From positions 1 to 64,000 of the forward strand of contig NIVC01002654.1 of NCBI GenBank assembly GCA_002269645.1: a DNA stretch of 64,000 bases. The letters are read 5' to 3'. The stretch's first letter is position 1. Every line of letters starts with the position of its first letter. The position numbers and the translations under genes were made by a program. Shown piece after piece: positions 49,990-61,229 of the stretch. The stretch is from Macrostomum lignano (Eukaryota). Under the pieces are notes generated by a model that was not told the DNA's origin, ran no database searches, and was given only the letters and a program-made list of their open reading frames with translations.

Positions 49990-50650
49990 GCACAGCCACC
50001 CCTCTATCCCCAGAGTACGCACAATCACCCCTCTATCCCCAGAGTACACGCAGCCACCCCTGTATCCCCAGAGTACACGCAGCCACCCCTCTATCCCCAG
50101 AGTACACGCAGCCATCCCTCTATCCCCGAAGTACACGCAGCCACCCCTCTATCCCTAGAGTACACGCAGCCACCCCTCTATCTCCAGTGTACTCACAGCC
50201 ACCCCTCTATCCCCAGAGTACATACAGCCACCCCTCTATCCCCAGAGTACACACAGCCACCCCTCTATCTCCAGTGTACTCACAGCCACCCCTCTATCCC
50301 CAGAGTACACACAGCCACGCAGCCACCCCTCTATCCCCAGAGTACACGCAGCCATCCCTCTATCCCCAGAGTACACGCAGCCACCCCTCTATCCCTAGAG
50401 TACACGCAGCCACCCCTCTATCTCCAGTGTACTCACAGCCACCCCTCTATCCCCAGAGTACACACAGCCACCCCTCTATCTCCAGTGTACTCACAGCCAC
50501 CCCTCTATCCCCAGAGTACACGCAGCCACCCCTGTATCCCCAGAGTACACACAGCCACGTAGCCACCCCTCTATCCCCAGAGTTCACGCAGCTACCCCTC
50601 TATCCCCAGTGTACACACAGCCACCCCTCTATCCCCAGTGTACGCACAGC
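49990..50650. repeat. 29-bp minisatellite CAGCCACCCCTCTATCCCCAGAGTACACG
   Basis: Direct reading. Confidence 0.92.
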
Positions 50651-50978
50651 CCTGACGAACCAACACAGCCACCTCTTTATCGCCTTTAACAACAGCTTTG
50701 CAGCAACTTAACTTTTGGTTTTACTAATTCCAATCCGGAACCCTGTTTCAGCTGTCGATTGCTTTGTTTTCATATTGCACAGTTAATGACTGATAGTTAA
50801 TAAAAACAGCGTTACTAAATCTCCCAGGGCTACCCTGGACTCTGTCAACTATCACGACGAGACACGCTCGCTGACTAAAAGCAGCAACTGTAACAATAAT
50901 AAGAAGAATAAAAAGCGGCGAAAGCGCAGGCCACGCTACTATCAACGGACTGGTCGGGACAGCGACTCCGGTGCCAGC

Positions 50979-51131
50979 ATGCAGTCCAGCGTTCACGAGC
51001 AGCTCAGAGAGTATCGGGCTAAGAAGGAGGCGGAGCGGAAGAGGCAGCTGCTGAGTGGCCTGCTGCCGTTTGCTGGTAGCGGTTCCTCAGCCTCCGCTGA
51101 CCAGCAGGGAGTCGCCTGCGCGGCTGATGAG
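50979..51131 (+). CDS. SAYSD1: SAYSvFN domain-containing protein, exon 1
   Basis: MQSSVHEQLREYRAKKE resembles the SAYSD1 N-terminus (EQRLAEFRAARK); GT donor, phase 0. Confidence 0.8.
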
Positions 51132-51234
51132 GTTCGCGATTGCATCTAACAGCTGTTTCAGCATCTCCTATTTGAATTGATGCCATTTGTTTTTTGTATT
51201 TAATTGGACTCGAAATACGTCGTATTTAATGTAT

Positions 51235-51725
51235 CCCGTCGATCCCATCTCTGATCCCATACCCCACCAATCCCATACCCATTGATCCCATACCCATTGA
51301 TCCCATACCCCATTGATCCCATACCCATTGATCCCATACCCATTGATCCCATACCCCATTGATCCCATACCCATTGATCCCATACCCCATTGATCCCATA
51401 CCCATTGATCCCATACCCCATTGATTCCATACCCCATCGATCCCATACCCCATCGATCCCATACCTCATCGATCCCATACCCCATCGATCCCATACCCCA
51501 TCGATCTCATACCCCATTGATCCCATACCCCATTGATCCCATACCCCATTGATCCCATACCCCATTGATCCCATACCCCATCGATCCCATACCCACCAAT
51601 CCCATGCCCCATCGATCCCATGCCCATCGATCCCATGCCCATCGATCCCATACCCCACCAATCCCATGCCCCATCGATCCCATACCCCATCGATCCCATA
51701 CCCTATCGATCCCATGCCCAATTCC
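51235..51725. repeat. 16-17-bp minisatellite GATCCCATACCCCATT in the SAYSD1 intron
   Basis: Direct reading. Confidence 0.92.
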
Positions 51726-51833
51726 ATTAGTCTTATACCCCATGGATCCCAAACAATATCGCTTCCTTTCACCATGAATCCATTTTTATAGCATTTAAAA
51801 ATCCCCATTAAATCGCAACCCCCAAAACCGCAG

Positions 51834-52163
51834 GCTCGCGCGCCCAGCCGCTGGTCACGGCTCTGCACCCGGCTCTACCTGTTGCTACCCGAGCGAGTTC
51901 GCGCCCACCGCCTCGTTGCCATGGGCTGGCCAGTCCGGCTCGGCGTCTTCCTGCTGCTGTGGCTGTACTTTGTCTACATCGAATGGGGCGCCGTGTTCTT
52001 CATTTGCGGCCTCTTGTACCTACTGGTGAGTAGTATGCGCGGAGACAGTCAGAGGCGCTCCGGGCCGAGTGCCTATTCGGTGTTCAACCGGAACTGCGAA
52101 CGGCTGGATGGCACCTTCACTGCGGAAGAGTTTGACAGGTCACTGAGGTCCGGCTTTTCTTAG
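51834..52163 (+). CDS. SAYSD1: SAYSvFN domain-containing protein, exon 2
   Basis: Hydrophobic LLLWLYFVYIEWGAVFFI, then SAYSVFNRNCERLDGTFTAEEFDRSLR*. Confidence 0.95.
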   Translation, partial: ARAPSRWSRLCTRLYLLLPERVRAHRLVAMGWPVRLGVFLLLWLYFVYIEWGAVFFICGLLYLLVSSMRGDSQRRSGPSAYSVFNRNCERLDGTFTAEEFDRSLRSGFS

Positions 52164-52309
52164 GGGGTGCTTTGGGCTATGGTTTATGTTGAAATTGTTT
52201 CTTTGTTGTTTTCAAGGTTTTCAGTTGGTGGTGTTATTAATGGTGGTAGGACAGTTTTGCTGGTACCTGAGAATTTTTCCCGATCAAATATTTGGCATTC
52301 ATTAGATGT

Positions 52310-52790
52310 CAGAATTTACCTGTCAGGTGTCAGATTATACCTGTCAGGTGTCAGTCTGTATCTGTCAGGTGTCAGTCTGTATCTGTCAGGTGTCAGTCTG
52401 TATCTGTCAGGTGTCAGTCTGTATCTGTCAGGTGTCAGTCTGTATCTGTCAGGTGTCAGTCTGTATCTGTCAGGTGTCAGTCTGTATCTGTCAGGTGTCA
52501 GTCTGTATCTGTCAGGTGTCAGTCTGTATCTGTCAGGTGTCAGTCTGTATCTGTCAGGTGTCAGTCTGTATCTGTCAGGTGTCAGTCTGTATCTGTCAGG
52601 TGTCAGTCTGTATCTGTCAGGTGTCAGTCTGTATCTGTCAGGTGTCAGTCTGTATCTGTCAGGTGTCAGTCTGTATCTGTCAGGTGTCAGTCTGTATCTG
52701 TCAGGTGTCAGTCTGTATCTGTCAGGTGTCAGTCTGTATCTGTCAGGTGTCAGTCTGTATCTGTCAGGTGTCAGTCTGTATCTAACGATG
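52310..52790. repeat. Nearly perfect 21-bp minisatellite TGTCAGGTGTCAGTCTGTATC, about 22 copies
   Basis: (GVSLYLS)n translation with essentially invariant units. Confidence 0.97.
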
Positions 52791-53029
52791 TCGGGTGTCA
52801 GACTGTTATTAGAGTCAGTGTTTACAATCTTATAACTGATTTGCCACGACAAATGCAGTCAATATAAAACAGTCTGATGTTCATTTCTGTGATAAGTTTA
52901 AATTTTTTGTTCCAAAGTGTTCTTTAATGTATATTATATGTAAGTTCATTAATTTTACGTGCCAATCAGCAGCTAAGTTATATATTTTCATCAAATTTTC
53001 TTCCTTGGCAATACATTTGCTAACCATAC

Positions 53030-53830
53030 TACTTACGGCGCGCATGTTTTGTTGCCTTTCATTATTGTCGGATTTGTGACATTTTGTACATTATATTAAT
53101 CAGATAAGATAATATGTAACATAGATGAATACTTCAGTACTGATACCCCTGCGTCCCGTCAGTAAATTAAAGAACAAACGAAACACCTTATCAACAAAAA
53201 TTTGCTCCGAGATTTTCAATGGCTTTTTAATTTTTTCTCAAAATTTTTGGTAAATTTTTCGCTATATTTTCGATATTTTCGATATTTCGATATTTTTTGA
53301 TATTTTAACAAAAGCCACATTTTTGGTAGATCTATTACTTTGAGGATTAATTATTGTTAGTCAGATAAGTGAATGATAAATAATTCAGAGGAATTATTCC
53401 TAGTCTCAGATCAACTTGAAGAAAAGAAATCTTTTAAAAGTTCTGATACATGAAAAGTTAAATAGAGTTAGAAAAGTAGGACAATCAGATACTAAGCTAC
53501 TAATATATAAGTAGTATAATTTACTGACGGCGCACATGTTTTGTTTGCCTTTCATCATTGTCGAGTTGTGAAATTTTATACACAAAACTTTATGTTCAGA
53601 TAAGATATTACGAGCAATGTGCTTGAGTAAAATCAACAACAAACAAAATACTATTTCATCAATATCATTTTTGCTCCGAGATTTTCAATGGATTTTCAGT
53701 TTTCACTTTTCAAAAGTTCTGAGTAACAAAAGCCACACTATAAAGAGAGTAGATTTATTACTTTGAGGATCGATTTTTGTTACTCAGATAAGCTAATGAT
53801 AAATAATTCAAAGTAAATATTCGACAGAAG
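53030..53830. repeat. Diverged tandem duplication of an AT-rich unit of about 470-490 bp
   Basis: Shared blocks ACGGCGC(G/A)CATGTTTTG, TTTGCTCCGAGATTTTCAATGG, AACAAAAGCCACA and TTACTTTGAGGAT recur in order. Confidence 0.75.
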
Positions 53831-54427
53831 TAGGATTTCGGGTTAGTACCCATATAAATTTGAAAAGAAAACACCTTTAAAAAATTCGCTGATAAAACTT
53901 AAGAACAGTTCAATTAGAGTTAAAAAGTAGGGTGGGTAATAAGCTACTAAGTAGTATCAAATATTAGCGTTCCTTTTTTAAGGACTTTGTTAGCTCGTTT
54001 GTCAGTCGTAAATAGACGTGAAAACTGTAAAAACACATATTTGGCTAGACTAAACAACAAAATGTCATAGCATTACCCACGCCAAGGACTACGAGTACTA
54101 AAAAACTCCGGACGCTGAATTTAAACTTGGTAGGAACTTTTCTTTCAAGGCCCGCCAGAAAGCATTCTCCATAGTAAAAGTATCTACTAGATGGCGATTT
54201 TATATGTGAATTGCAACGTTTGAAGTTGTGTTGCTTGTAGGAAAGTGTATATAAAGTCCTTGATCCAGGATTAAAGGGGTGGGTAACGGATTTATCACTT
54301 CGCTCAGGGAAACAGATTGCCGCAAGCTGTCTATGGTAGTTTGGCAAAGTTTTTTACTTGTTCTTGCATTCGCGAGGAAGATAAATATAGATCATATGTA
54401 GATCTTCCTGACTGCAGCCTTGATTGA

Positions 54428-55465
54428 TCACGGCAGGCTGAACTTCACCCAGTCGGCGCTTGTCTCGATCTCCTCCTCCACCTGAGCGTCGGTGAACAGC
54501 AGCAGGCGGCAGGTTCTCAGCTTGCTGTTTTTTTTTTTTAGAGGCAGGGGGTCTGTGTGCACCCTGGCGCACTTTAGGCGACATTGGCACACAACCGGCG
54601 AGAGGCATTACTGCCCATTCCGCCGACTCCCCTGAGCAGGCATACAAGCGCGCGGATACGTTACGCAGGCACACACTCACACAGGAGTGTACAGCGGCCC
54701 TAACTTTATATTATCGTTAGGCATGTACACTTCACTGCGCCTTGGGGGGTTGGCTCTCAAGGCCGTTAATTGCGTTAATTGCACGAGCAGAGCCAAGCCG
54801 AGATTCCAATTCAGCCCCAAATTAATGTGACTGCACTTGGAATCGAGCCTGGGTCGCTGGCACACCAGAGCAGCTGCGCTACCGCTGGGCTACGGCCCCC
54901 CTACTTGCTGTTGTACAGCACGTGTCTGCAGCGGCTGCCCGGCTCGCGCATGGCGGCAGCCACGCAGTGCATCAGGCTCCGCACCTGCTGCAGGTCGGTG
55001 AAGCAGTACTGGGAGCTGGGGTTGTAGCTCGTGCGCTTGAACGGAGTTCGCTTCCAGGCAGCTTCAGTGGCGCGGGTCAAAGGCGTCTCGGCAGCACCAG
55101 TAAATTCGCAGGCGTAGCCCAACAGATCAGAGTAGACTCTGTCCGACATCTCTCCATAAGAGGATGTTCCAATGCAGTCTTGACCTATCTGTGTTTCTCT
55201 CATCGGCCAGGTCAGTGACGCCGAGCCACATTTTGCAATTGCAGCTGAAGCTCGGCATGCTGCCCAGCAACTGCAGCGAGCTGTACGAGTTGATCAGCTC
55301 GCCTCCGAGTAGCTGGCATTGTTGATTAGCCGAGCACCAGCTGTGGCTTTGAGCTGTGCTCACGAACACGCACTTGCCGGCCTCGAGGTTGAACGGAGCG
55401 GGGCACAACTGAGCTGCAACTGTGAGCAGCAGCTTTGCCAGGGTAGCTAGGGTGACTAGCAGCAT
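54428..55465 (-). pseudogene. Secreted C-type-lectin plus PAN-like domain gene, disrupted by a frameshift/deletion and a SINE insertion
   Basis: Signal peptide, CPAPFNLEAGKCVF...WCSANQQCQLLGGEL...WLGVTDLADE, frame break near 55180, then YACEF...CRHVLYNSK [SINE] LRTCRLLLFTD...FSLP*. Confidence 0.75.
54530..54903 (-). mobile_element. tRNA-derived SINE family B, full length, poly(A) tail, 9-bp TSD
   Basis: A box TAGCCCAGCGG and B box GGCTCGATTCC; TSD AACAGCAAG (54521-54529 and 54904-54912). Confidence 0.92.
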
Positions 55466-56305
55466 CTTCACAATTCGATGCTCCATACAGTTGTTGTGCT
55501 TCGACTAAGGCACTTACAGAGACTTCAGTGTTTGAAGCGAAATATGCAGCAATTTCCAATGACTAATAGTCTGAAGGCCGCAATTCTGAAATGCAGTGCG
55601 GTGCTTGCTCTGCAAAACTTTAAGTCTCTTAAGAATTTGGGTTCACTACATGAAAGTTTCACTCCACCACCCCACATCTCTTGTATCGATTGGTGATGGT
55701 GAGGGTTAAAATGAAGTGGCATATTCAACCCCGTGCGATGCTGCTTTAAGGCTGCAACAGAGTAAAACACAAGAAATGGGGGCGGGTAAAACTTGTCTTC
55801 ACGGTCACCTACAAAAAATTCAGATAGCTCGTATTTCCTCACTCGTCTTTCGCAGAGCAGAAGGCTATTGTCCTGAGTATTCAGCAGGGCTGTTACATAC
55901 TCAAGTGGTGAAAAAAGAATTCGTAGGCGTCCTGTATTAGAGTTTGTTAATCGGATATAGTAGTTACTCCGTCATCAAGTAAATATTACACGTAGATCGA
56001 ATGCATGCAGCAACATGCATTTCTGGTAGGATTTCTATGTGCGTGTTAATACTCTGATCAGGAAAGTTCTATCGACTGAAAAGGCACGCTTGTTATTGTT
56101 GCGAAATTCATCGGGTAATGTATTGATTTTTCACTGGAACTTCTCAACTTCTAGTACAGACGTGGAACTCGTGGGTCGGTATTCCTTTCTCAAAGACCAT
56201 TGGTAGATATTAAGGCTTACATGAACATATTGTTAGTTCATAAAAGCTCGATCAGTCAACCTGCATCAGAAATCTTTTCCAACATACTCGTACATGTACC
56301 AATTA

Positions 56306-56354
56306 CTGTTTCCGGACGCACGGAGCCCCCTGCAGCTAAATCAAGTAAGTCAAG
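56306..56354 (+). mobile_element. Extremely 5'-truncated copy of the same LINE as 16161-16605
   Basis: CTGTTTCCGGACGCACGGAGCCCCCTGCAGCTAA(A/G)TCAAGTAAG matches 16563-16606 with one mismatch. Confidence 0.8.
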
Positions 56355-58511
56355 GTATGTTAGATTATTTGGTGGTTTAGTTGCATCATTAGGTTTTTAC
56401 AGCATTTTACATTGTTTATCGATTGGGACCCTGGAGCCTAAACTTCGAGGAGCAGTTAAGGCAGGGATCTTAAAACACTGGCCCACTGCCCGCGAAGCTT
56501 TTCTATCCAGTCCATGAAACTTCACAATAGCAATCCGATTTGCTTAAGGTTTGTCTTTTTTGTGTCTAAAAGCTGAGAGCTCTTCTCTTTTCCCGCTTCT
56601 CCTCTCTCCTAACCTCTCCTCTCCTCTCCCTTCTCCCATTTATCCTCTCAACTACCCTCTCTTTGTTTCTACCCACGTCTTCCTTCTCTTCTCTCCCCTC
56701 CTCTCTCTGGCCCGTAGTCATGCTCCAGATTTTGTATATATTAGGCCTTTATAGGTTAAAAAGTTTGCCTGCCCCTGAATTAGGGTTTGCCAATTTGTCT
56801 GTGGTCGCAACGAAATGTCTATCACTCCAACCCCAGACGAATCGATCATCGCTGATCAGGTGAGGATTTCAGAAGTTGGCCATAGACGCCTGCGTAGGAC
56901 TTAGAAATCCACGGGCCTAAGAAATGGGCTACGCTGCAAAGGAAGCCAAGCCGGGGATCGTCAACTATAAGTGAAGAAGTGAGGCCAGGATTAAAAGTAT
57001 AAAGCTGGGCTCAAGACGAAAGATGAAGTGAATAAATGAAACAATAGACACGAAAGCAACCAAGTGTGACAAAACTACAGCGCAGCCACCATCCATTCCA
57101 GACAGAAGACAAAGGCGAGACGGTGACTTAGGGCGATGAGGTTGACAGGCGAGGCCAGTCAGAAGAGTGATGAGCGCAGCACGTGGGCGGCCCGGGAGGA
57201 GCAGCGGGAGCGCCCAAGACCGACGGGCCAACCCCAAGGAGCGAAGCAACCAAGGGGATGGACCTGCGGGCGGGCCCACGCACAAGACAGGGCTCCCCTT
57301 AGCGCTCTAGCCTCTAGCTCAACCAAGGCAAAATTGCAAGCACCAACTCATCCACCCTCGCCCACGTAGCAACATACCAGTTTAATGGTAGCCACCCGGC
57401 CCATCGGTGGCGACGAAAATGTTAATCTAAGTGCTTATAATAATAGTCGTTTTGTTTTAATCTTTAACAACTGTAATATTTATAACCTGAAGTTTGTCTT
57501 AATGCTAATCTTGCCGTTGCTCAAAAAAGGCTATTAAATAGAGGCAAAATTAAAAAGCGACAGGCCTAATCTAAAGTTTTTCAAGTAAATATTAAGAATC
57601 ATGTTCAAGAATTCGTGTTGACATTTCGAAGAGTGAAATAGAAGGAAAACATATCGTATGTACTACTGGTAAGTAGAATACTGAGGAGGCGATCGAAATG
57701 AAACGAAGTAGATCTCGGAGTTACATGATCCCTGAGGTTAAATACCCTAGATTACTGTAAGATATTTAAAAGAAGAAATACATATTAAGAGATTCCAGGC
57801 CTGTAAAAGAATTGATCCTGCACTCGGAACATAGTAAGAACGCGACCAGTAAGAAGTAAGAAATTACTCAGACAGACAAAGACTAATGCTCGAAGGAATA
57901 TCTAAAAGAGACAAAATATTTACTAGAGTATTTTTGCTTAACTATTTGTTTAAAGATTGAAGGTCCAACTGAAGAGACTCACTAGACTAGGAGAAATCCG
58001 ACTTGACTGCAAGGCTTCCAGCGTACCGCTGAGCAAAATTAAAAACAAAGAAGTATAGTCACGCCGGAGACAAAAGAGGTCACAAGTTGTCTTTGTCTTA
58101 AAGTTGACTTCATAAGCTACGAACTTGATGCTGTCTACACGTAGAAAATATATATAAGAAGGCTAAATCACAGTGGTTCCTTTTGGTAGACAATTCCTTA
58201 TCTGTCTTAAATGTATAAATGAGTTCGATAAAATATATTTTGAAAGTAAAATCGGTATAGACTTCAGCTGATGGCAATAAAATTGTAGAAAGCAATACTA
58301 GCAAAAATAGATCTGAGCGGCAAATTTGGTATAAAACACGGCTTCTTAAATTTCAGTTTTGTGAGCTTAAAAATATTTATAAAGGAACAAAATGACCATC
58401 TTTGAGGCAACGTTAGGCACCAGAAGTTAGTAAGATACTATGTCTAACTAAAGTATTAGTTATCTTGGATGTTTTTTGAAGCTTAGTACTAAAAAATTAT
58501 GATTAATATCT

Positions 58512-58618
58512 CTAGGCATCTGCGCCCTTCATCAGCAGCAGCCAGTGGGCCAAGAACTCAATCGGATCAGCTGGTCGCGCGTCGGCAACTCTGGCCAAGC
58601 CTCTGGACAGGACGGCGC
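58512..58618 (-). CDS. NWD-like protein, last exon encoding a Dpy-30/DYDC-type motif
   Basis: TTTTAG acceptor, phase 1; (R)AVLSRGLARVADARPADPIEFLAHWLLLMKGADA*. Confidence 0.75.
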
Positions 58619-58917
58619 CTAAAAGTTTCATTAAAGTAAAATATAATCAAAAAGATTTCTAATGCTTTTTAATAAATCATATATTTATATAAACTGTTTA
58701 TTTGTTTTAAAACATTCTGCAAACAAAACCGATGCTACACCTAGAAATTTGACTGCTAAGTTTTCTGAAGGTGAATGTTTTTTTGAGTCTGGATCAACAA
58801 ATTTTCAATAAATTTGCATATCGGACTGCAATCGTCACTTTGTATTTAATAAATAATACTGAACCTACGCACAATGATGCATGCCCCCAATACACTATTA
58901 TAGTGGGTATTACTCAC

Positions 58918-59149
58918 GAACATAGCTAAGGTAGTCGCGTTGTAGGTAATCGTTAATCGGTTTCGGATTTCTGTTATTTAACAACGCCTGGTGACTATCG
59001 GTGTGTTTTGTCTGCAGAATTTCGTACACCTGCACCGGATGGTCTCGAAGCAAGACGACAAGTCTGTTGGGGCTCGGAGACATGAGCAGCACTGGCTCCT
59101 CCTCGAATAGATAGTTGAATAGCAGAGAGCCGTCCAGGAGGGAGAAGGC
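58918..59149 (-). CDS. NWD-like protein, penultimate exon (phase 0/1)
   Basis: AFSLLDGSLLFNYLFEEEPVLLMSPSPNRLVVLLRDHPVQVYEIL...DYLQRDYLSYV; CACAG acceptor and GTGAGT donor. Confidence 0.72.
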
Positions 59150-59229
59150 CTGTGGATGTTTGAGTTGGTTGATTAAACATACAGAACACTGACTTTAAGA
59201 CTAGATATGAATCCTAAAGTAGAGGTAGG

Positions 59230-60355
59230 ACACACTGCAACCCGATAACTGGACTCACTGCAACTCGATGACTGGACACACTGCAACCCGATGACTGTGG
59301 ACACACTGCAACCCAATAACTGAACTCACTGCAACCCAATAACTGAATTCACTGCAACCCGATGACTGTGGACACACTGCAACCCAATAACTGAACTCAC
59401 TGCAACCCAATAACTGAATTCACTGCAACCCGATGACTGTGGACACATTGCAACCCAATAACTGAACTCCTGCAACCCGATGACTGGACACATTGCAACC
59501 CGATGACTGGACACATTGCAACCCGATGACTGGACACACTGCAACCCGATGACTGTGGACACACTGCAACCCAATGACTGTGGACACACTGCAACCCGAT
59601 GACTGTTATTATTACAGGCAGGGGGGTTGTGTGCACCCTGGCGCAATTTAAGCGACATTGTCACACAACCGGCGAGAGGCATTACTGCCCATTCCGCCGA
59701 CTCCCCTGAGCAGGCATACAAGCGCGCGGATACGTTACGCAGGCACACACTCACACAGGAGTGTACAGCGGCCCTAACTTTATCAATTGTTAGGCATGTA
59801 CACTTCACTGCGCCTTGGGGGGGTTGGCTCTCAAGGCCGTTAATTGCACAAGCGAGCCAAGCCAAGATTCCAATCCAGCCCCAAATTAATGTGGCTGCAC
59901 TTGGAATCGAGCCTGGGTTGCGGCACACCAGAGCAGCTGCGCTACCGCTGGGCTACGGCCCCCCCCCGATGACTGTGGACACACTGCAACCCGATGACTG
60001 GACACATTGCAACCTAATAACTGGACACTGGACACACTGCAAACCGATGACTAAACACACTGCAACCCCATGACTAAACACACTGCAACCCCATGACTAA
60101 ACACACTGCAACCCCATGACTAAACACACTGCAGCCCGATCACTAAACACACTGCAACCCCATGACTAAACACACTGCAACCCGATGACTGTGGACACAC
60201 TGCAACCCCATGACTAAACACACTGCAACCCTGACTAAACACACTGCAACCCGATCACTAAACACACTGCAACCCCATGACTAAACACACTGCAACCCGA
60301 TGACTGGACACACTGCAACCCGATGACTGGACACACTGCAACCCGATGCCTGGAC
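59230..60355. repeat. 21-23-bp minisatellite GGACACACTGCAACCCGATGACT in the NWD-like intron, split by SINE B
   Basis: Direct reading. Confidence 0.92.
59607..59965 (-). mobile_element. tRNA-derived SINE family B, full length, (TAA)n tail, inserted in a satellite
   Basis: Same head and body as 54530-54903; flanked by CGATGACTGT on both sides. Confidence 0.9.
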
Positions 60356-60421
60356 ACATTGTAACCAAAGACAGGTAGCATTCTAACAAAAAACTGAACA
60401 GTCTTGATCCGCCAAACTCAC

Positions 60422-61042
60422 CTGCAGAATTCTCTGACCATCCTGCATCAGGTCCTCCTCTGTCCCATCCTCCTGATCTCGATTGCTCCACCTTTGCCCC
60501 AAGGCGAGCCTTCGTCCAATAAGTACGGAACCGTCCATCGCCAACAGCATGTCCTTCAGCACCACGGCGTTGGTTGGGTCAAGATCGCGAACTGTTTCTC
60601 CAGTCTGGACGCTGACAATCTTCATCCGGTAGGTAACGCAGCGCTCACCATCAGGCAGGAGACACAGAATCCCAGAGTCGAAGGTCTTGCTTACGGATAC
60701 AACTCCCAGGTTAACATCGTAGGTCACGAGCTGACCAGGCCAGCACATGACCTCGCGGTGAAGAGCTCTGGCGTGGCTTTCAATACCTACGCATCGGTAC
60801 TGAACGATCACGTGACCCGGATGTCCTGGTCGAGCAAACAACATCTCCGGTTGACAATGATCGTCGTGTTTCAGTTTCAGAGAAAATTGCAGCACCAGTT
60901 GAAGCCCGTTCTGGGCTAGACAGAGCATAGCGGCTGACACCTTGGATGAGTCGCCGCCTGCCGCTTGAGTCAGCAACTCGGACAGCTTCGGTACGATCTC
61001 AGCGGCCAGTGGGGCGCCACTTTCCTGGTCAACTGAGCTTTC
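60422..61042 (-). CDS. NWD-like protein, next exon (621 nt, phase 0/0)
   Basis: TTGCAG acceptor and GTGAGT donor; open 207 codons with beta-strand-rich character. Confidence 0.8.
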
Positions 61043-61229
61043 CTGCAAAGGAAAGTAGAGGGACTGAGTTATGTTTAGATAGGAAGTTCAAGATCAAACT
61101 GAATCTGGCTTAGTAAGACTCTGGTTTGGACTCAAGACTACGAGTAAAAATCCCGTGTTTGTGAATTACTCATTCGTGAAAATTGACTCAATGATATTAC
61201 AATTAGGCTGTATCTGCAACCAAACTCAC

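Noticed and set aside
52167-52867. Four overlapping periodic ORFs
   Set aside because: Artefact of a perfect 21-bp array.
56800-57420. Possible solo LTR (TG start, TATAAA at about 56998, AATAAA at about 57031)
   Set aside because: No second copy, convincing terminal inverted repeat, TSD or clear PBS was found; left unannotated.
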